Source of the DNA: Penicillus capitatus
Taxonomy: Eukaryota; Plantae; Chlorophyta
DNA: 64,000 bases
Direction of reading: 5' to 3'
Assembly: GCA_965649825.1 (NCBI GenBank)
Contig: OZ287700.1
Coordinates: forward strand, 496,001-560,000
Shown: positions 24,973 to 40,850 of the stretch, in pieces
Layout of the letters: the number at the start of each line of letters is the position of its first letter
How positions within the stretch are numbered: the first letter of the stretch is position 1
Notes under the pieces: generated by a model
What the model was told of the DNA's origin: nothing
What the model saw: the letters and a program-made list of their open reading frames with translations, nothing else
The model's database searches: none
Position numbers and translations under genes: made by a program

Positions 24973-27250
24973 TCAAGCTTGCTTTCCAGATTCGATCTCG
25001 CGCAGCGCTTGTGTGACATCTCGATTCATGCCATCCATAATTTCCCCGGCAGAGGCATAAGCGGAATGCATTCTCTCAATCGCTTCCATCAGATCCCTAA
25101 GCATCTCCTCACGTTCCTTCTGGCAGCAACTGGACGCACATCGTCATTGACGTGTGGCAAAATGGCTGGAAACAACTTGACGCTTTCGTGGTACGCGGCT
25201 TCGGCGCGAGGGACTTCCTCTTCGATGTTGTGGACCATTGCTTGTCTCTGCTGTAAGAGATGCTCAATCTTGGCGTGCAGCACTTGCCATTGCTCTCTTC
25301 CTTCTCTCTGCATCGTCTGCAATGTATCTCTACATTTGATCGTCTCTTGCTCGACTCTTTCGATCTACGCAGCCTTTGTACAGATATGGACTGGCGAATT
25401 GGATGTGCCTCATGAATGCAGGTCCCCCGTTGATGGCGCAGTTTCTGGATTTCTTCCTGTACTTGCACAATCCTCTGCTGAATCTCCCCGCAACGTTCTG
25501 TCAACTGCGCCTTCGCTGAAAGATACTGCTCCTTGACCTGCATCAATCCTGGCTGGAGGACGCCCTGTGCAGCAAAGACATCATTCCTGTCCCCTCATGT
25601 CAAGGCAGGATCTCGCCTTGTGGTCCGCTGTACAGATGTCTCGAAACTGACCCACGTGACGGTCCACGTGTATGGCAAAGTCGACTCCCACCGAGTGCTT
25701 GCTTCCGATAGGAATCAGCTTCAGCATTCGGGCATGATTGTGGTAGCCATGGACACATTTCTCGAGTTGATTGAGCAGACCGTCACGTTGCACCTCTCGA
25801 TCATTGACCTCCCGCTCAACGGCAGCCTTGTGCGATAGGGCATTCTGAAACATCTGCTCTAGCTTCTGCCTAAAAAACAACTCAGCGAGGGAAAAGACGT
25901 CGATCGCATCACACTTCTCATTGAGCAGTCGTTCGATGTCTTCTTTGTTGACAGATTGCTTCGACACACGGTCTCTCAACTTCTCGACCTCCTGCACTCA
26001 GACAACCAATACCATTGAATGCCGCTGCGTCCGTTATCTTTCAATGACCGTTTGCATTCCGGCGACTTGGGCCCTTATGTTCTGAACCTCGGTTTCAAGC
26101 TCCGTACCCTTTTTCTTCAAACGTCCAATGATTTCCTGAATATGACGTTGAGAGAGAGGAGCCAAAGAGATGCGTGATGACCTCAAGCTGTTGGATCTTG
26201 GCCTGAAAGGCCGTTGCATCTTGCTGCATTCCGTCCAAGTCCGTTCTCATACGCGAGAGTGGCGATGGCATCTGCTGCAGTTTCTTCCATTCCTCTTCGA
26301 GGCCCTCCATCTCCTGTCACACATCTAATCGCCTCCCCTCTTCGTCAGTGGACAGATTATGAACTCGCTGCTTTTCGACGTTCTCCTGTCTCTGAAGCTC
26401 CTGTTTGTTCTGGATCTCCGAAAAGAAGAACTGATCGATTTCTTTGACGGCGGCGTCGTTAAACGACATATATTTCTCATAGCTCTCTGTCATCCATGCA
26501 AAAATGGTGTGCGTGTTCATCCCCAACATACTGTCAGCCTCGTCCGTCTCGGCGGCGCTGGACTGCTGAAAGCCGTCGTTCTCGTACTGCCATCAACATA
26601 GCGTCAGTGGGGAGGCAGGTTGCACGGATTCGTTGCCTTGTTTTTGAGTTCGATGACATCCACCATCCACTCGAGGGCCAAAACGATCTGCGGCCATGAA
26701 TGGGTCGATCCCGGAGCACTCAGAGCAGATTTCGAGATGCTCAGTGTGTAACCCAATCCCTCACACAATCCTCTCACCTTAGCCTTTAGCTGCCTGTTCG
26801 GATGCATCGATACCTTGAGGACCGTCGGCACTTGGTCTTCTAGCTTCTTTCCTTTTAGCTTCTTGCACCATCTGATGCCATATCGATCAAAGGGGAAGCC
26901 CGACTGAAGGGCGACGTTTACCTGGAATCCAGAGCATTGAGCAGTGTCTCCCATATAATCGCGAAATCGCGTGCGGTTGGACTAGTGAAAGCTTTTGGAC
27001 TCAGTGCCTCTCTCTGCGGTGCTCTTGCCAAAAACTCTTCGATCTTTCCCGAGCACGATCGCAGGAATTCGCTGTTCTTGATTGGACGTGGATCCGTTTT
27101 CGCCACGCTGAATGCACCGACGGTGGTCGGGCGTCGACCCAATGGCGCCGCGCTGCTTTGACGCCGCACAGATTCGCTATGTTTGGCCGAGTGACTTCCG
27201 AAGGCGGTCGTCTCGCGACGACTCGGAAAAAGCGATTCGCGATGATGCAT
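24973..27250 (-). CDS. NDC80: Kinetochore protein NDC80/HEC1
   Basis: KTDPRPIKN..KIEEFL..SPTARDFAII.., GYTLSISKSALSAPGSTHSWPQIVLALEWMVDVI (CH domain), then long coiled coil and loop (YHNHARMLKLIP); ends ..REIESGKQA*. Confidence 0.92.
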
Positions 27251-27908
27251 CGACGCGATCGAGACGACGACGACGACGTCTGCCAGTTTCTGTCGGCGAT
27301 GATGGATGATTGCGATGAAATAACATCTACCTCATTATCTACACTAGTCAATCCCCTGATCGGCAATAAACGAACGCATGAACGAACGAACATACTAACA
27401 CCAAAAGAGTGAATATCACGTTCCTAATAATAAAGTGCATTTTTTATAGCACAATAAATAGAGCATGATTTATGAAATCCACCGTGCATCTTAACAGGAT
27501 GTGATGGAGTATGTGAGTATTTGTGAGTGAGAAAAGACACCGAAATACACAAAGGTGAAATGATGAGCACAAAGTGCCGTCTTTATGGTGAGTATTATTG
27601 TTCGTTTTCCAACGACCGTCCAGACAGAAAAGACAACAATAATAAACAGCACTGTGTAACCGTTGTTCATCTGTCTAGACACTGACCCGTACCGAACCAA
27701 ACCTCAAAACTCTTCGTTAGAACTAAATTAGAGTTAAGAAATGACGTTTTGAAAATCACGAATGCGAAAAGCAAAAAAGACAGGTATTAAATAATTAACC
27801 GGCAAATAAGGACTTCATGAGCATGAGAAAGATTCTCTGAAAGAGCACCTTAGCTTTCCAGTTATTGGAATGACAAAGACCTGATGATAGTATCCGTCCC
27901 TCCTGCCT

Positions 27909-30059
27909 CTAGCGCGGAGCTAGGATACCGGTGAGTGTTTTTAGCAAGAGATGATGATAGCCATGTTTCATTGTTCTCTTCTTCACCTTATTTTTCTGCC
28001 TGACCGATGTCAATTCGTGACGGAGCTGGGCCACAAGTTCGGTCATCTCTGCGGCTGCCAGTTTCGACTTCAGAAGCTCCTGTGCCCCAACAGACGACAT
28101 CAGAAACGGCATCCAGACATGCAAAGGAATGCGCACTTTCATAACGTCCAAGTCGACTTCTCCATTGTTCTGCATGGTTTTAGGAGGACATGATGTCATC
28201 TGCAATGCCTGAACCCTCAAGTTCGTCTGCAGTGTTGCAATCTCGGATCTTTGGCAGTTTGAGGTCTTTAGCAACGCAGCGTGTTCCCTTTTGAGTTTGG
28301 CTAACGCGCGTTTCTGTCTCTGAGCTTCATGACTCATCGAATTCATCACTTCTGTCAATCGAAAAATCTCACATTTGCAGCGATCTCTGCCAAGGAAGAG
28401 AGAATCGGATGAAGTAGAGTCAGGAGAGAGGATGCACCTTTCCGATTGCGCGTTTATAAATAGACTCTCCAACTCTTCACAACGTTTCTGTCCCGCTAAG
28501 ATCTCTTCCAGAAATCTATTCTCAGCTGAAGCAATGGCTTCGGGTGCTTGTTTCATCTCTGATCTCAAGCTGCTTAAGCTCTCTGACAGACAGCATAGAT
28601 GTATTCTCTGTCGCTTGCTTGAATCGCAGCGAGCTTACGTTTCAGTCCATTGATGGTCCTTTGTTTTGCGGTCAGTATTGCAATAAGATCTTGTTTGGTC
28701 CGCTTCAAAAATTCGAGCTCCTGAATTTGACTACGTGATTGATGAAATGCTTGTTGTTGCTCCGATACTCGTGATCTACAAGAGACAGCACAGCCATCAG
28801 ACACGCAGAGGCACAACGGCATCCTGCACTTACTCAAGTTCATCACAGTGCTCCTTCAAATCGACAAGCTTCTCCTCCATCTCTAACATCTCACGTTTGA
28901 GCTGAAAATTCTCCTTTTTTACAGCATCTACGCTACTCCCCTCTCGTTTCGAAACAAGGGCACTCGAGTCCTCAGTCTCCATGCGTTCTGCTGCCGGAGA
29001 TGCTTCGATCTCTTTACGAGAACAGGGCCCGTCGACCACCTGCTGCAGTTTGAGATTCCTGGCCTTCTCCACCGAGAGCTCCTCTCCAAGTCGAACGACC
29101 TCGCTCTTCATAACGGCTCGTTCTTCTTCGGAAGCATCGAGGTTCTTGATCACAACTTGTTTATCCATCTCGGACTGCGTGTACAGAGCCGTGCGTCTTT
29201 GAAGAGCCTTTTCCAGCGACGCAATGTCTTCTGCTCTCGATGTCGAAAGCCTATCGATCGCCCTTCGCGTTTGCCGCTGACGTCTTACCATCTCCTCGTG
29301 CACGGCCGCCAAGGAATCGATTTTTTCGTGCGCATTCTGCTCGAGCTCAGCGATTCTGAGCTTGTGCGATTCAATCTGTCGACTGAACCGCGCTTCCAGT
29401 CCATCGACTCCCGCTGCCATCTGATTCACGGCTTTGCTGTTCTCTAACAACAAATCGTTCTGTCGTCGGATCACCTCATCTTTTTCCCTTAGGCGATCGA
29501 ACAGGATATCTCTCTGCGTTTCCCACGTCCGATGCAAATTACCGAACGTCTCATGTCTCTCCAGTGGTCCCAGGGACGGCAGCTGAAGCCACTTCTGGAG
29601 TTCGGAGTCGCCGTCGCTACCTTTGGCTTTCAGTTTCTTCCTCAGCAGTCCATTCACGACCTCCAATCGGTCACATCGTTCGGTGAGTTGCTCGACGGTG
29701 GATGTCAACGTGTCTGCACTCTCCAGAGACGATGTACGGTTTTCCTCTGGAGGCGGGTCGAGGCAGCCGCTTTTCATCGAACAGCTATCTGCATGGAACT
29801 CGTGCACTGCTTTGGCGCTGTCCAGTTCATCCCGAGGCTCTGTCTTGTGCCTAGGCACGGCATCATGGAATGGTCGTCTCTCGAAGACGTGCTCAGAGTT
29901 CGTTGGGGACAGCGACATGACATTGAGTGTCGATTCCCGTTCCTCTCCGAAGAAAGCATCCACACTAGGCATGAATTCCTGTTCCAAAACGTCGGCTCCA
30001 CTGTCGCCTCCCATTGTGTGAGTATCCCTGAGATCCTCGTGCCTCGTTGGCGTTCGCAT
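27909..30059 (-). CDS. Long coiled-coil protein A (orphan family); 3' end approximate
   Basis: ORFs 28830-30062, 28574-28846 and 27909-28568 linked by short introns (for example GTAAGT at about 28832); heptad-rich. Confidence 0.75.
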
Positions 30060-30891
30060 CACCCTATATACAGTGATTTGTTCGTTTGATGTACCCAGAC
30101 GAACGCTCCGTCGTTCGATAAACGAAAGTGCAGCGTGGTAGAGAATAGAATATCTGCTGGCGTATCTTGAGTTAAGTAGACGGCACTACAGCAATGCAAC
30201 CAACCGCCACCTCCTCGACTCGGTTGAACCACTGGAAACGGCACGAGGCAAATGATAGATACCACAGAGCAGCGGGCATACGACATGGACGCGTCAAAAC
30301 GTATGACAAGAGACTTCCGAGACAGTCGCTGAGTGCACGGCAAAAATTGAAGAGCAAAACCGCACAATGAAGAGCAGTTCTATCTCTTACTCGGAGTGTT
30401 TATGTGTGTTCTGTGCTTCGCTGGAGAAGGAGATTTTGGTTCAAGTGGGCAATTCTAGGAATGACCCGCATGGCCAACGGTCCTTGGGCTTACGTCGACT
30501 GTTGTCAGTCAGATTATGCCGGGCAGATGCACTAAGGGATGGAAATCTACGTGGTTTGTCTCTGGAGGCCGTCGTTCAACCACCTCATGTGCCATATAGG
30601 CATGGATAGATTTTAGTCTTCTAACAGAGAACCTGCTCTCCGTCTCAGACCGCCTTAAGCATGTGTGTATCAGGTGTTCATGTGCCCTAACCGCTCGTTA
30701 ACTCTTAGGTGGTTTTAGGGGTATGGCAGCCGCACACGTCAACCGTCAGAAAACACGTTTATGAAATCAGTCGCCTGACACTTACCCGCAGCTGTGGATA
30801 CCATAAGCCGTTGACAACGCATTCGAGGTGGTCGAGGTGTCGCGTGTCTATTTTTCATCACCCTTTTTGATTTTCTGCATGCATTGGCCGT

Positions 30892-33274
30892 ATGGCTGCA
30901 CCCTCTGGAACGGCAGACGTTCGACAGGTCGATACTCAGTAGAAAATGGCTAATCATTTGGGTGTCATTTCTAGGGACTTCGCGATTCCCATTCGGCAGG
31001 ATCTTCTCTGGGTGAAGGATGCTGCTATCCTCTGGATATTGGCTATACGGTCAATGGAGACTGCACAGCAATGGCGGATCCGTCGTTGGAATCTGCATTC
31101 AATGGCGGATCCCAATCTCTCATACAGCTTAGCGATAGCGAATTCGAAATTGATATTTTTCCAGACCGCCTCAGTCAGGAATCGCTAGAGACGAAGAACA
31201 GAGAGTTGGAAGCTCGGGTGGAAGAACTGGAGGGAGAGAACGAACGACTGAGGGAAGAAGTTCGTCAGATGCAGGCAAAGATGTCGAAGCTTAGGTCTGA
31301 TGCTGCTAACTGTACCTCGCTGCCTACGCTCTATAACCAATTGAGCACTGCTAGAAAAGAAACCGCTGCTGTAGAGAAGAGGTGTCAGGAATTAGAAGCG
31401 GAGAACGTCGAGCTGACGCTCAAGCTCGAAAAGAAAGAACCTCTGGGGTCCATGTCCGACTCAGCGAATCAGAGAACATCGCAAGAAACGTTACCCAGTG
31501 CCATCTCTCCCCTCAAACGCTCATACACTTTTGCTCCCTTGAGCGTTTTGGAGTCCAAACCCAGCTTGACACACCCGACAGAAAGGGAGGCTTTTGAAAG
31601 AACAAAGCTGGATTTCGCTGAGAAGCTCGTGCAAAAGGATGAGATCATTCACAAGCTCAAAGAACAGCGCAAAGAATCGGAGAGTCGCTTGAACATGCTC
31701 TCTGCTGGCATCGATGGTTTGGAGACGCGCTTCGAGCTGCAGCTATCGACCTATCAAGCCGAAGTTGCCCATCGATTCGAGCAGATGCTAAAGACGATCC
31801 AAGGTTTGCGACGAGCAGAAGAGGACTTTGGCAAGAACATGATGGCGGTGCAAGCAGAGACGAACAGAATCCTCAAAACGTTCCCCGTCGAAATCCAGAA
31901 ACTCGCCGTGAAGTGCCGATCGATGGAGGATGACAGGCACAAAGAGAGAGACGAAATGGAGGAGACTTTGCAACACACGTCAACGAATCTTGAAGAAGCC
32001 AAGAAGCAAATCTCGGCGCTGTCTGATGAAAACGACCGTCGGGCGAATGAGATCGTCGAGCACGAGAACACAATCGAGGAGCTCGAGTTCAGAATCGCTT
32101 CCATGAAGACACAACGTTTGGTTTCAGATGGTATGCATAATGGGACGGCATCGACTTCGAGAGAGCTCGAGGCCATGCGACAACATATTGAGAAGCTCGA
32201 AGCGAGCTTGGAAGATCAACAAATGATGAATGAGACTCTACTGCGTCAGAAAGATGAAGCAGAAGAGGCCTATTTCGCCGTTACTGCTGTAAAAGATGCC
32301 CCGAGTGTCGAAGAGCTCGCAAAGGAGAACAAAGAACTGAGGATAGAGCTCATGGAGGTCTCTCAGAGGCTCGTTGCATTGGAAGAGCAGAATGACTCGC
32401 TCAAGAACGAGTTGGAGAGTCAAACAGACTTCTTCAGTCAGTGCTTGAATCTCGAGGAAGAACTGGAGGCACAGCGAAGAGTCAACCGAAGTCTCGAAGA
32501 GCACCTTGGCAGACGGAAGAAGAGAATTGAGAGCCTTCAGAGTGCGATCGATCTCCTCCTCTTTCGAAGCAATGGTTACGATGTGCCTTTGCAGACGAAC
32601 TGGGCAATCTGCAGCAACAGCTGGGTGATATGGAAGGGGGCTTCGGTCAACGGAAGCGAATGAAAGAGAATGTAAGGATGCTACCATTACAATTGAAGGA
32701 GGCCTCACTCTTCTGCGCTTGCACAGAAGGCAGCCGTGTCGAATCATGTCGACGGAATGCTGCAGCAGGAGATCAGGTATGAAGAACTGGAAAGAATCTT
32801 GAACGGCGTACAAGCCGAACGGTGCGATCGATACGTCGACGGCAGGCGAGCATGATTCTTTGTCGCAGGGACGAGTTGCTCCAGGATAAGGCATCATTGA
32901 ACAAGATGATGCATTCCTTGGTAAAGGAAAACAAAATGGCAACCCGGGCATTGAATAAACACAAGAGAGAAGATCCCGTGGTTAAGGAAGAGTTGGCGAC
33001 CGCAAAGGCTGAGATCATGAAGTTGCAGGCACGTCTGAAAGTAGAGACATTAGCCAGGCAGCACTCGAGCAAGAGTCATCTCTCAGCCGAGCTCGACGAA
33101 GACATCATGAGCAAACTCGTCTCTTCGCAGATCTCGCTGGCTGAGATGGACGAGCGCATGATTAAGCTTCGAAAAGAGCTGCACAAATCGGTTGCACGAA
33201 ATCTGTATCTAACAACAAAGATCACTCGCCTTGAGAAACAGCTACGTCCTGCCGCTGCCGCTGCCGCCACCTAA
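30892..33274 (+). CDS. Long coiled-coil protein B, paralog of A
   Basis: Two small upstream exons splice in phase into ORF 31071-32663 (MAAPSGTADVRQ/GLRDSHSAGSSL/AMADPSLESAF); further exons to ORF ending 33274; shares ordered motifs with gene A. Confidence 0.75.
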
Positions 33275-33664
33275 TGCATTCACTCACTCTCCACCTATAC
33301 TGCTTGCTATTCACAGTCTGCTCGTAATAATCACTGCCGATCGTGATCATCCCAAGTTTCATGTTGTTGTTGTTACGATTGAGATCTAGGGACTGATGAG
33401 ATTTTTGTGTACTCGTGTTATCTATTGAATGTTCCGTCTATTTTTAGTCTTAAGGAATAAGAAACTGGCAGTTGTCTGAAAATCGCATCTGTCGTTGTTG
33501 TTCTTCATGCATTGTCCAGATGACATACACACGCCAAGTCAGTCATTCCGCGAACTGCCATTGGAGTGAAGCAAGGCCACAGGCCATACACAATGACATC
33601 AAACTTCTTTGTATTCAAGAGGTTCCATTGTAAGCCCGTGTAAGAAGGTGATTTTCTACGAATG

Positions 33665-35023
33665 TCAGAGGGCCACTTGTTCGTAGTTGATCTTCGACGG
33701 CAGCTTCCGTGACCTCACATCATTTACATGTACAATTTCGCTCCCCTCTTTAATGGCATCAGGATTTGCATGGCATCGCGGATCCTTATGCAATTCAAGA
33801 AACCTCTCCTGTGGCTTGCACAATCCTGGACACTTGGGATAATCGAAGATCACGAGGGATGCATCTGTGCAGTTTTTTGTGCAAAAACGACGGTCATCCA
33901 GATACGTCACATTGAATGCCAGCATCCACGCTCCGACAGTCGTATCTGCGCACACCACATCGCCCGACAGCAACACAGGCATCTGGACAGACCTTCATTA
34001 TTGAGGAAACGTAAACTGCCTTCCGGAATGGAAGAGAGAAACGATGCTGCACGGCCGCTAACGGCATAGGCAGATCCCCAAACGTGGGTATAGTAATTAT
34101 TGCCCAGAATGGGATACTGTGGTTCCATCCATCGGAAACCTGGTTTCTTAAATACCTCGCCACGTTTCATGCAGCCAATGTAATCTAGACACGGCCGTCA
34201 CATCACCAGTAAAGACTCCACGAGGGAGGAACGTGATCTTGCCAGCCTCTTTGCTCTGCCACTGCGGAATGGCGTGCGGCAGTCGATCTAGACGCAGGTA
34301 TACATCGTCGTCGATCTTGAGAATATACTGCGCATCGAAATTTGCCGAGACGAAACGTAGGAAGCTGATGATTTTATTAGGCAGACTCAGATAATCTTCC
34401 TGATCATCCATCCTCAGCTTCTCGATGCGAACAGAGGACAACGTGCGATACTTGGATGTTCAGTCTCAGAATGTCTCCGTGGCGTTTCTGTTCCGTTTCG
34501 AGATTGAATTCGTCTGTGGCATCCAGCGAATGGCCAATGACGAATCGCACTCGGATTGCTGTCCGCTTTTCGAATCTACAGGCACTCCGTCCCATCTCTG
34601 ATGTAAACGATCTGCATCAATAGCATTACGCATCAAGGTTGCGCAGAGGTGCCGGGAACCATGTGTGTCTCAGAAGCTCCCGACGTAGTTCATAGCGATA
34701 TTGCATCGTCGCTCGTGGTCGACTGAACCCTGACTGCATGCACCACACTTTGTGCCTATCGATTCATTAAAATCCACATCGACCTGAACGCCGACAAATG
34801 CCAGGAGCTTTGGACGGTCCTTCTGGCCATTGCTCGTCGTCGGGACCGTCTCCTTTGGATTCCTTTCCCCCGGCGGTACATGATTGAACCAGAACGATAG
34901 AGACCTCAGGCTAAAGACGAGGAAGAGACCAATCAAGGCACCCTGAATGAATACACGACGCAGATAGAGGCGTCCTTGCATCTTGGCCATCAGGCCCTTG
35001 CTCGGCGATTCGGGTAACTTCAT
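33665..35023 (-). CDS. GT31 family beta-1,3-galactosyltransferase / hydroxyproline O-galactosyltransferase-like
   Basis: Type II TM anchor, LAFVGVQ/SGFS..RRELLRHTWFP, VRFVIGH, EDYLSLPNK, YILKIDDDVYLRLD (DDD motif), YIGCMKRG, GSAYAVS, NNEDTTVGAWM. Confidence 0.9.
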
Positions 35024-35170
35024 GGAGTCGAGAATCTTCACGAGGAATTATTACGACTCAATGACATCATCCAGTACAGCGACGCAAAACGACGTATTTG
35101 AGCACGTGTCTGCCATCTGAGTTTGCATTCCCGAACCTTGCACCCCGTTGTTTATTCGAATCGTTTGAGT

Positions 35171-37823
<2,653 letters not shown>

Positions 37824-37946
37824 ATCCCCGTCGTATCTTAGACAACAACACATGATTCAATTCAAAAGCTTTGCGATTGATTTGATGCCTTTGTTTGTTT
37901 GCCAATCAAACAGAGTCTTAGCCGAAAGCTGTAAAACTGCAAGAAA

Positions 37947-38994
37947 TTAAGATCCTCCGTCGTTCCGCACCGTGGCGTCGAGATCCGATACGAAATGCCC
38001 AATGACATCGAGCTGCTCCAAAGGACTCAGATCTGTCCCGTGTGCGATGACAGAATTCTGGCAGCAACGCAAGAAGAGGTTGTGCGTCGACATGATGAGC
38101 TGTCCGTATTCCAGGGTCTTCTGTATGGTGCTGGTCATCAGCGCATCTTTCTTCGTTTGCTGCAAGACATCTTCGACATCGTACATCTCACACTCCCGTT
38201 TGAGCTGAGAGAGGCGATTGTTCAGCACGATGATCGTATCGGATTTCTCGTGCGTATAGAGCTGAAGATCTTCCTTGACAGACTGCAGCTCTTCTTCCAT
38301 CTGTTCCTGCTGTGCCAACAGATCTTGATGCGTTGCTTGAAGCGTCTCGTAGCGTTGCAGGAGTTCCGCGATCTCTTGGTACTCATCGGTCGACTCGACC
38401 ACGCTCTGCAAGTAACGATGATACCTGGACAATGCCAAACTGTGCGATGTTCTGTACGACGCCTGTATTTCAGCACTTGCTGCTTTGATCGAGCGTCTCT
38501 TTCGCTGCATTGCGTTCGATTTTGAGCGCCTCAAGGTTCTTCTCAATATGACGGATCTCCTTGTCCTTGATATGCTGTGCCTTGATCTCGTCTGCCGCTT
38601 TCTTTTCAGCCCGTGCGCGTTTGGCATCATTCTCCTGCAGAAATTTGCTGAAGCGAATAAGAGATTCCTGCAGCTGCAGGTCTTTTCGTTTGAGACCCTC
38701 TTCTCTTCTCTTAAAAATTTCTTCCTGCTCGACACATTGGCAAGCGCATCAAGGCCTCGCGTGGCGGATCGGTCTGTCGCTACCTTGTTGGCAAATTCTT
38801 GCTTCTGTGCTTCTAGAGCTTCCTGCACTTCAAACATCTGCCTTCTCTTCTCCAGCAGTCGTGTGGCCGGACAGACATTGTCCAACACCAATGTACTTGG
38901 CTGTAATCTGCATATCGAATGGCTCGATCCGCTATGGTACCATCCATGTCTACTTCTTCTTCTGAATTCGGCGCAGAAATGCACCATCGTCCAT
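37947..38994 (-). CDS. CFAP73: Cilia/flagella-associated protein CFAP73 / CCDC42 (DUF4200)
   Basis: LVLDNVCPATRLLEKRRQMFEVQEALEAQKQEF, LQESLIRFSKFLQENDAKRARAEKKA, ..EQLDVIGHFVSDL; 46-nt first intron restores frame. Confidence 0.88.
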
Positions 38995-39080
38995 GTTGCC
39001 ACCACCAATAGCACACTGTTGTGTAAACGTTCAATATACGTACGGTGCTGATGATAACGTGAAGAGACGTTTACGTCACC

Positions 39081-40812
39081 ATGTCCGAAGCAATGGCCGT
39101 CGACAACGGGGCGGGCTTCGAAGCTTTCGATCTCGTCGTAAGAAGACCTTTCTATCAGCAAAACGCTAGCAGTGTGGTGCAGACCTATATCTCGGAGTAC
39201 ACTTCGCGCACACGAATCCGCAGACTCCTCTTCATTGCAGAGAAATGTTCTGGAAGGACTTTGGAGCTTGAAGCCTACCGTCTCGCCGTGAACTTCCTCA
39301 AAGAGGCTTATCATCGTACCGACCTCTTCAGCTATCTCATTTTCTCTGCTTCAGGGGATAGATGTCGCCAAGTACAGTGAAGTGATTGAACAGATTGGCG
39401 GCCGACTGGGTATTGCCTATCAATCCGATGAGTAAGAGACAAAGACTCTGCGAAGCGCGTCTTGCCATGACGAGGGCTCTGTTGCAAGGAAATGGATTGA
39501 GAAGGTGCAGAATGTCTGTCGAAATCGGCAGGAAGAGCTGGAGAAGCAGCTGCGTAACTGCAGGGCGAGTATGGCAAAAGAGAGCATTCGGATGACACAC
39601 AACGATCTCGCTGCTTTCTACTATGAGCGTGGACATTTCCAGGTCGAACACCCTTATGGACACAACCGTCTGGACGGCTCGTGATAAGCAGGACGCTATG
39701 AAAGAGTATTCCAAGACTCGGGATTACTGTACGGCACCGAAACATACCTTGACACAGTGTCTCAACACCATGAGGGTGGCATTAGAGATGGACACCATGG
39801 CGCATCTCACGGCATCGCTCAGAAAAGCAGATCAACTACCGCAGACGGCGGTAAGGCGATCGGAAGCGGGATGGTGTCCGACAGGATGTGCATCTGTAGA
39901 AAACAAAAGTAACGGAAGGGCAGATTAATTGCTATCATGGATTGAGGGAATTGGATGGAAAGAAGTACAAAGCAGCGGCATCATTCTTTGTTCAGGTCGT
40001 ACACGGCCGTTTGGGATTATCGCCCTTGTGCCTCATGTGATGCTTCTTTAGGTAGATCCCGAGATCGGCAATACATTCACCGATGTCATGACGACACAAG
40101 ACGTGTCTCTCTATGGCGGCCTCTGTGCGCTAGCGACGTTCAGTCGTTCAGAACTCAAGTCCAAAGTTATATCCAGCGTCTCTTTCAAGGAACTCCTCGA
40201 AATGCACCCGGATGTACTTGTCCTCTGTTTTCTGACGGAAAATCATTTGTCCGTGGTGTTAGATCAAAAACTGTATCCATGATCTTTACCGATCTCAGTA
40301 TGCATCGTGTTTTGCACGGTTGGACAGAATGAAGCCAGCACTGTTGTTGGACATTTATCTCCATGGACATGTGGAGGAACTCTATCGTCTCATCAGACAA
40401 TGCGCCCTGGTGCAGTACGTTACTCCATTCAGTTCCGTTTCCCTCCAGCCAATGTCCGATGCGTTCAATGTACCGATCAGGTGATATCGCATTCTCCACT
40501 GCCTCGTCGTTTTGTCAGAGTTGTTGCTGTAGTGTTCTGTACGAAGAGGTCGTGTCTCTCATCCAGTCTCAGCAAATCGAGGCCAAAATCGATTCCGAAC
40601 AACAACTTCTATGCCGCTGTCGAGACAACATGCGACAGACATCGTTTTCAAATGCCGTTGCCTTGACCAAGAGATTTCTTCAGGAGAACAAAGCACTGTT
40701 GGTTCGATTAAATCTCATCAAACACGATCTCATGCAGAAGCAGACGCCGGGTGGAGATCGACGATCCAAGAAAGCATCGACGGTTGAATTTACATCTGAG
40801 CCAACATTCTGA
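39081..40812 (+). CDS. CSN1: COP9 signalosome subunit 1
   Basis: YTSRTRIRRLLFIAEKC, KESIRMTHNDLAAFYYERG, YSKTRDYCT, QDVSLYGGLCALATFSRSELK, IRQCALVQY, PCI-domain IEAKIDS. Confidence 0.92.
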
Positions 40813-40850
40813 AGCGTCGTACTCGGAGAGGTCAGGAGTGGCGAACAGAG

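Noticed and set aside
27491-27700. Hydrophobic 69-aa ORF in the AT-rich NDC80 upstream region
   Set aside because: Non-ATG start, composition typical of AT-rich intergenic DNA, no recognisable homology.
30713-30720. Telomere-like TTTTAGGG (plus ccctaa at 30685)
   Set aside because: Single copies are expected by chance; there is no array.
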